Below are positions 1-4,306 of a stretch of 4,306 nucleotides of DNA, in pieces. Within the stretch, counting starts at the first letter, position 1; every line of letters begins with the position of its first letter. Source of the DNA: a virus (Duplodnaviria; Heunggongvirae; Uroviricota; Caudoviricetes); IMG/VR virus record IMGVR_UViG_2690316210_000001, positions 1 through 4,306 of that record, one strand, 5' to 3'. The notes under the pieces are model-generated. The model was not told the origin of the DNA. It saw only the letters and a program-made list of their open reading frames with translations, and searched no databases. Position numbers and translations under genes: made by a program.

Positions 1-38
1 TAAGTGATACTGGTTGTCTGGAGATTCAGGGGGCCAGT

Positions 39-2531
39 CTAATTAGCGCCAGCTTGAGCAATAGCATCAGCGATAGTTTCATCTAATCGGTCTTGTAAAC
101 CAATCAGGTCTTCCAGTGCTTCTTTGTCCTGATCTTCCCAGCTAATGCTAGACTTCATAGACAAGAAATAAGGTTCAGACCAGACAGCATCATCCATACC
201 GAAAATATCGTAGTGAGCACCACGGATATAATAATCACCATCAGCCAAATCAAAGGAAGTATGGCTAACGCTATTCGTGCTTACCGCCCTTGCATCGGAG
301 AAAGTGTTATCGGTTGCATACTGGATTATTGACCCTGCATAATCATGTTCTACGTCATCTGCCCAGCTAACAAACACACTATTAAAGCCACCACGCGCAC
401 TAAAACCTTCCATTGGCTTATGTTGTGGGTTAATAGCCACTAAACGCGCTGGGGCGCTCTCTGAGTTGTTATATCCCTTAACGGATACTTCTACCGTCAG
501 TTGACGCGAAAGGCCGTTAAACTGGTTCATATCAAGCGTATAAGTCCATGATTCAGGATCGCGGGTACGGTACTGAATAGACTTGCCAGCCTTGTTAGTT
601 ACTTTGATAAGATATGCTTCAAACAGATCACTAAACTTGCTAGTTTCACCGTTGATTTCAACATCTAGACCTTGCTGGTTATCCCATTCGATAATCAGAT
701 CATTGCCTTCGAAAGTACCAGGCGTGCTACCCTGATTTTTGATTCGAATAACCGGAGTCGGTAATTCATAGGTAACAGTAGGATTCTGGTTAATCAGTTC
801 TACCCAATCAGATCTCGCGATGATACCAAAAGCACAAACTCGGTAATCGTAAGAACGATCTTTTGCCAGTGCATTGACACTGAAAATTTGCTGTGAAGTC
901 TGTCCCAGCTTAATCCAGTTAGGTGATCCGCTTACACGGTAATCAATCTGGAAACCATAACGGTTAAAATCTTCAGGTGCATCCCATGTCAAAGTAACGT
1001 TTTTACCATAGATTGTTTCACCAGTTGCCTTAATTCTGAAATTAGTAGGCTTCTGTACTGTCATTGAATCCGGTAAACCGCTTGGTCGGTTATCTGGGTT
1101 AGCCGCATAGTTCAGGTCAGTATAAACCTGAGAATTATATTCTGTGGCGGTGATAGTCATCATCCCAGCAATACCAGAATCAATAGAGCGATCAATTGCA
1201 GTAATACGCCAAAGTGAATTATTCAGTTTCAATTCATCATAGGTTACGCTGATAACGTCCCAAACTTCGGCAGTGAATGCGTCAGTAGTCATGAAGCTGA
1301 TAACCTGAGTGATACGAGATTTATTTCGTTCTACACTCGCGAGTTTATCAATCTGGGCTTTAGACTTAACAAAACGATATTCGATATCCTTAGCAATAAT
1401 TCGACCATCTTGACGAATAGTAGCATCGTTTTCAGCATCAGCCGGATAACGTAGCATTTGCTCGGAATAGTCAATTGATGGTTCCTGATACATCGCGTTA
1501 ATGGTATTGAAATAACCGTTAGTGCCACCTGTTTTCAGTGATACCTTACCCATCATGATATTGTCTTCATTGAAGGTATGCTTAACAATATCAGGAGCAT
1601 CCAGTTTCAGAGTAATTCTTCCGAAGGATTCGAACATCACCCCGCCGAAAGTCTGCATAAGGCTAGTTAAGTTCTCTTTAAAGCTGGCGTTCGGATCACA
1701 TGCACCGTTTGAATGTAAATCCATCTGGCGTACTTGCTTGCGTACTTTCAGGAATGAATCAACGTTGATGTTTTCAATTGGTACACTAAGACCATATTTT
1801 TCATTTGTTAGGTAGTGGAAAATCTGGTCCACGCCGTTGGTGCTGGCTTCAATAGCATTGGTTTCAAGGTTACGAATCTTTAAGCCCATAACATCGACTG
1901 CTACCTGGCTATTTGGCTGGAGAATATCAACACCAGCAGCAAGAGATTTGTCATCACGACGTAACACAATACACATGGTTGCAATACCATTGCCTTTGTA
2001 GTTGTCGTTCCAGTCTGAGCCTAAATGACGTTTTGCCAGTGACAAAGCGGTGTTAGGATTCTTACCCGTGCGGAACTCAACTTCTAAAACTTTTCGGTAT
2101 TCTTCTTTAATGTTGCCTTTGTCCAGTACACCATCACGGATCGTCATGTTCTTACCAACAAGAACATTTTTATTATCGATAAACAGTGCTTTGTAATGGT
2201 CGATTTCACCCTCTGCAATTGCGAAGATTTGCACTAACTTATTGTTTTCTTGCTTGGAAATTGCTTTGTAAACGCAGATTGCACCCGTGCGGGTAGTACC
2301 GAAAAGAACGGGTAATACTGTCTTAGGATCGTTTGATGTTCCTAGTGTCACCGCATTATCTGGGCTTTGTACTTTCGGTGTTTTTGGTGCGCCTACAGTG
2401 GAAGCGATCAAAGTCATTGCACCAGCAGCCATACCGATAGCGACTGCGGTCATAACCGAAAATGTTGCGGCTGCCGCCATCCCCGCCGAAGCACCAGCAA
2501 TAACCGCGCCTACCAATACTTCAAATCCCAT
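39..2531 (-). CDS. Phage tail-tip hub / host-specificity protein J-like (830 aa), with N-terminal hydrophobic segment resembling tail assembly protein I and three FN3/Ig-like modules; lacks a C-terminal fibre/receptor-binding region
   Basis: Uninterrupted 831-codon frame. ATG at 2529..2531 overlaps the upstream stop as TAATG (minus strand) and is preceded by GGGGGTGA (plus 2535..2542), a one-mismatch match to the GGAGGTGA consensus. Residues ~95-260 (e.g. LVQIFAIAEGEIDHY, IFHYLTNEKYGLSVPIENINVDSF) resemble the N-terminal hub region of lambda J family proteins as I recall them. Residues ~495-790 show FN3 hallmarks (TLTWDAP, YDYRVCAFG, DYYIRGAHYD). Stop TAG at 39..41. Confidence 0.75.
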   Translation of the reverse strand: MGFEVLVGAVIAGASAGMAAAATFSVMTAVAIGMAAGAMTLIASTVGAPKTPKVQSPDNAVTLGTSNDPKTVLPVLFGTTRTGAICVYKAISKQENNKLVQIFAIAEGEIDHYKALFIDNKNVLVGKNMTIRDGVLDKGNIKEEYRKVLEVEFRTGKNPNTALSLAKRHLGSDWNDNYKGNGIATMCIVLRRDDKSLAAGVDILQPNSQVAVDVMGLKIRNLETNAIEASTNGVDQIFHYLTNEKYGLSVPIENINVDSFLKVRKQVRQMDLHSNGACDPNASFKENLTSLMQTFGGVMFESFGRITLKLDAPDIVKHTFNEDNIMMGKVSLKTGGTNGYFNTINAMYQEPSIDYSEQMLRYPADAENDATIRQDGRIIAKDIEYRFVKSKAQIDKLASVERNKSRITQVISFMTTDAFTAEVWDVISVTYDELKLNNSLWRITAIDRSIDSGIAGMMTITATEYNSQVYTDLNYAANPDNRPSGLPDSMTVQKPTNFRIKATGETIYGKNVTLTWDAPEDFNRYGFQIDYRVSGSPNWIKLGQTSQQIFSVNALAKDRSYDYRVCAFGIIARSDWVELINQNPTVTYELPTPVIRIKNQGSTPGTFEGNDLIIEWDNQQGLDVEINGETSKFSDLFEAYLIKVTNKAGKSIQYRTRDPESWTYTLDMNQFNGLSRQLTVEVSVKGYNNSESAPARLVAINPQHKPMEGFSARGGFNSVFVSWADDVEHDYAGSIIQYATDNTFSDARAVSTNSVSHTSFDLADGDYYIRGAHYDIFGMDDAVWSEPYFLSMKSSISWEDQDKEALEDLIGLQDRLDETIADAIAQAGAN
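162..1055 (-). other. Three tandem FN3/Ig-like beta-sandwich modules in the C-terminal third of the J-like protein (approx. nt 798..1055, 432..761, 162..419)
   Basis: Module 1 (aa ~493-578): VTLTWDAPEDF...YGFQIDYRV...YDYRVCAFG. Module 2 (aa ~591-700): LIIEWDNQ...YLIKV...LTVEVSVKGY. Module 3 (aa ~705-790): VFVSWADD...IIQYATD...DYYIRGAHYD. Boundaries are approximate. Confidence 0.55.
2388..2531 (-). other. Region encoding the Gly/Ala-rich hydrophobic N-terminal segment (aa 1-48) of the J-like protein; putative membrane-active or tail-lumen segment
   Basis: Translated sequence MGFEVLVGAVIAGASAGMAAAATFSVMTAVAIGMAAGAMTLIASTVGAPKTPK has one charged residue (E4) before the KTPK linker and repeated small-xxx-small spacing. 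The region is locally GC-rich from Ala/Gly codons. Confidence 0.55.
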
Positions 2532-2950
2532 TATTCACCCCCGAATCTATAAACTTGTTCATAGTCAATGTCTGAAACAGGAATGGTCATCCAGATACCA
2601 TCTTCTTCAACGAGGCCATAACCGGAATAATGAGGAACTACGGAATAATAATTACGGTTTCCTAATTTGTGGGCTGTGACCAGTAAGTCGCCGTCCTGTA
2701 AATCATCAGTGACTAATTTGAAATGTTTCTTAATTGGTTGAAGGATATTTGAATACCCGCTTAATTCTTTGCAGATTTTCAAACCTTCTTCTTTAGTTGA
2801 ATATTTTTTATAAAGAGAATTATATAGGTCAGTACCAGCGAGAATATCGATGATCTTACATGCAATTAGATTGCAATCATTCTCACCCTGAACGAACTCC
2901 TGACCTATTAAAGAATTGATGTAATCGGTGATAAGCCTAGTTTTTAGCAT
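2531..2950 (-). CDS. Putative NlpC/P60-like cysteine peptidase tail protein (139 aa), lambda K-like by position
   Basis: ATG at 2948..2950 is preceded by GGAGGT (plus 2958..2963) with a 7-nt spacer; stop TAA at 2531..2533 shares one base with the next start. Candidate catalytic residues in NlpC/P60-like order: Cys in GENDCNLIACK, then GDLLVTAHK and VVPHYSGYG. The ORF-track start at 3106 has no SD and overlaps the upstream gene by 110 nt, so the first 52 codons are probably not translated. Confidence 0.5.
   Translation of the reverse strand: MLKTRLITDYINSLIGQEFVQGENDCNLIACKIIDILAGTDLYNSLYKKYSTKEEGLKICKELSGYSNILQPIKKHFKLVTDDLQDGDLLVTAHKLGNRNYYSVVPHYSGYGLVEEDGIWMTIPVSDIDYEQVYRFGGE
2535..2542 (-). 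promoter_or_regulatory. Shine-Dalgarno-like GGGGGTGA for the J-like gene, embedded in the last codons of the peptidase gene
   Basis: Plus TCACCCCC at 2535..2542 is GGGGGTGA on the minus strand, 3 nt 5' of ATG 2529..2531 (6 nt after the G-run). Confidence 0.5.
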
Positions 2951-2957
2951 GTTGAAT

Positions 2958-2963
2958 ACCTCC
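2958..2963 (-). promoter_or_regulatory. Shine-Dalgarno GGAGGT for the peptidase gene
   Basis: Plus ACCTCC at 2958..2963 is GGAGGT on the minus strand, 7 nt 5' of ATG 2948..2950. Confidence 0.55.
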
Positions 2964-2996
2964 ATGCTGTTATTTACTAGGCTTAGGGAGAAGGGA

Positions 2997-3650
2997 TTAT
3001 TTCTTCGATGAATGCCACTTGCTTTCGCTATTCCACTTCCCGGCACGGGAGAAGAATAGATCGTTCTCGTTTCCGGCATAGGATCGGTGGATACCATCGG
3101 AGGCATGACTACGAGCGTTTTTATCTAGAACTTCCCAGATACTATTAAGCTGAAATTCTGATTCGTTTTTACACTCATCATCTTCATGTTCGATGTTAAT
3201 CCCGATGGAATCGACTACCCCACGGAAAACAGGGTAAGTGGTTTCAACTTTGCCCGTGTTGGGGTTAAGGAAAACCATCTCGATTTTCACATCTGATTTA
3301 TCGAATTGCTTGTTTCGAATGAGAGTAATGTATTCTTCGCGAACGTTAGAAACAGTTACGTTGATCCCGTTGTTGTTGATCTCCTTCTCTTCGGTATTCG
3401 ATGAGATTTGAAGAAAATCACCCGTTGCGAGATACGTAAATCCGTTATAGTCCAAATCGAAATACCCATCTGTAAGCCGTAGAACGTCCCCTGACGCTGT
3501 TATCACTTCGATAATGTGAAACATCGATCCAGTGGAGAAAAGCTGCGGTAGCGTCAATCTAGACACGTTCTGACCTGTCTGGTCGTTGTACACCTCGATG
3601 AAGTCCAGATTAGTGCATAGTTTGCTGAATGATTCCTGAATAGTTGCCAT
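2997..3650 (-). CDS. Minor tail protein (217 aa), tentatively lambda L-like by size and position
   Basis: ATG at 3648..3650 overlaps the upstream TAA (3650..3652) as TAATG and has GGAG (plus 3659..3662) 8 nt upstream. The ORF-track start at 3704 is a TTG with no SD. Only two Cys residues, so no four-Cys cluster motif is present. Family assignment rests on synteny and size only. Confidence 0.45.
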   Translation of the reverse strand: MATIQESFSKLCTNLDFIEVYNDQTGQNVSRLTLPQLFSTGSMFHIIEVITASGDVLRLTDGYFDLDYNGFTYLATGDFLQISSNTEEKEINNNGINVTVSNVREEYITLIRNKQFDKSDVKIEMVFLNPNTGKVETTYPVFRGVVDSIGINIEHEDDECKNESEFQLNSIWEVLDKNARSHASDGIHRSYAGNENDLFFSRAGKWNSESKWHSSKK

Positions 3651-4210
3651 TATACATTCTCCACTAATTCGAATTTCATCTTGCCAATCTGGGCGATCTT
3701 CCAATCGATATTTTCAGTTTTGAGAACAAATTCACCCTCTACGTTCTGATACTTGATCACCTCACCCGCTAGAACGTTCTGACGCAAGTTAGGGAAGAGT
3801 TTCATTTCACCACCTGATTTCACGTCTTCGGTGATCGTGTAGATTTTCTTGTGGTTCTCAAACTGGATGATAGTTCCTGCTTTCAGTGTTCCGGTGAAGT
3901 TGGAGATTCTCACCTTACGCCCACCGCGAGCAGTACCAGCAGCAGCCGTAACCATCTGGCGTACATCACCTGTATATTTTGAAAAGTAAGACAGCGGCAC
4001 ACTGAAAGGACGACCAAAAAGGTGACGTGCTACAAATTCTTTTACTTCGTTAATATCCTGAGCCATGAAATTAGCGGTAAATTCTGCTTCATAAAAATGA
4101 ATACCAGTAAAGCGACGCTGGAACTTACCAGAAATAGATTGCGCCTTGAAGAAAGGCTGTTTTGATTTAAGAGTAAAATCTGTGATTTTAATATTTTTGG
4201 ATTTGAACAT
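3650..4210 (-). CDS. Minor/distal tail protein (186 aa), tentatively lambda M-like by position
   Basis: Open frame ending TAA at 3650..3652. ATG at 4208..4210 (MFKSKNIKITDF...) lies just 3' of the hairpin and U-run on the minus strand, with a GGGGG run 8 nt upstream. The ORF-track start at 4246 is a GTG that places the hairpin inside the coding sequence; ATG at 4223..4225 is a third candidate. The C-terminus KMKFELVENV and the basic N-terminus weakly recall lambda M from memory. Confidence 0.45.
   Translation of the reverse strand: MFKSKNIKITDFTLKSKQPFFKAQSISGKFQRRFTGIHFYEAEFTANFMAQDINEVKEFVARHLFGRPFSVPLSYFSKYTGDVRQMVTAAAGTARGGRKVRISNFTGTLKAGTIIQFENHKKIYTITEDVKSGGEMKLFPNLRQNVLAGEVIKYQNVEGEFVLKTENIDWKIAQIGKMKFELVENV
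3659..3662 (-). promoter_or_regulatory. Shine-Dalgarno GGAG for the 217-aa minor tail protein gene
   Basis: Plus CTCC at 3659..3662 is GGAG on the minus strand, 8 nt 5' of ATG 3648..3650, within the 3' end of the upstream gene. Confidence 0.45.
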
Positions 4211-4212
4211 AG

Positions 4213-4258
4213 AAAAAGCCCCCATAGTTTTATGATTATTTATCACTATGGGGGGCTT
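4213..4258 (-). terminator. Putative intrinsic terminator / mRNA-stabilising hairpin on the minus strand
   Basis: Plus 4216..4227 AAGCCCCCATAG pairs with 4246..4258 CTATGGGGGGCTT (12-13 bp stem, one bulged G, AT-rich ~16-18 nt loop). The minus-strand RNA reads stem-GGGGGCUUUUUCUAUG, a U-run immediately 3' of the stem. The loop is larger than in typical terminators. Confidence 0.4.
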
Positions 4259-4306
4259 GGTGATGCTGCCAACTTACTGATTTAGTGTATGATGGTGTTT
4301 TTGAGG

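Noticed and set aside
1331-1528. Minus-strand ORF of 65 aa
   Set aside because: Nested out of frame inside the 830-aa gene on the same strand; no SD and no conservation signal.
1522-1815. Plus-strand ORF of 97 aa
   Set aside because: Fully embedded antisense to the J-like gene, with no RBS and no recognisable motif.
2367-2552. Plus-strand ORF of 61 aa
   Set aside because: Antisense shadow ORF within the same GC-rich stretch; Cys/His/Arg-rich low-complexity translation typical of out-of-frame reading.
2287-2679. Plus-strand ORF of 130 aa spanning the junction of the J-like and peptidase genes
   Set aside because: It is antisense to two well-supported minus-strand genes. Its Ala/Pro/Thr-rich translation is the mirror of the Gly/Ala-rich N-terminal codons, and it has no SD or functional motif.
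2951-3106. Possible genuine overlapping gene formed by the 5' extension of the 191-aa ORF (MPPMVSTDPMPETRTIYSSPVPG...)
   Set aside because: No SD upstream of the ATG at 3106, and the peptide is low-complexity. A strong GGAGGT-ATG start at 2950 explains the region without invoking an overlap.
4219-4255. Homopolymeric C5 and G6 tracts as slipped-strand phase-variation sites
   Set aside because: They are the two complementary arms of the hairpin and more simply explained as stem sequence; nothing in a single sequence indicates length variation.
1-4306. Defence system, CRISPR array, tRNA, transposase or integrase
   Set aside because: I found no direct-repeat array, no tRNA-like structure, and no ORF with nuclease, ATPase, recombinase or toxin-like motifs. 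All coding capacity is accounted for by the four tail genes.

Overview
The window is one compact minus-strand operon of four translationally coupled genes that reads as the tail-tip (distal tail / baseplate hub) module of a siphovirus-type phage, prophage or phage-tail-like particle. Gene order and sizes follow lambda M-L-K-(I)-J synteny. The largest gene (39..2531, 830 aa) is a J-like hub protein with a Gly/Ala-rich hydrophobic N-terminus and three FN3/Ig-like modules, but it stops before any fibre or receptor-binding domain. Upstream are a small NlpC/P60-like putative cysteine peptidase (2531..2950) and two minor tail proteins (2997..3650, 3650..4210). The ORF-track 5' ends of the three smaller genes appear overcalled; SD-backed ATG starts, two of them in TAATG stop-start overlaps, give a cleaner operon. 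A GC-rich hairpin followed by a U-run (4213..4258) lies just upstream of the first gene. I see no rRNA, tRNA, CRISPR array, transposase or recognisable defence gene, and no evidence of a novel system beyond the unusual tail-tip architecture. All homology statements are from motif-level reading and recalled family features, not computed alignments.
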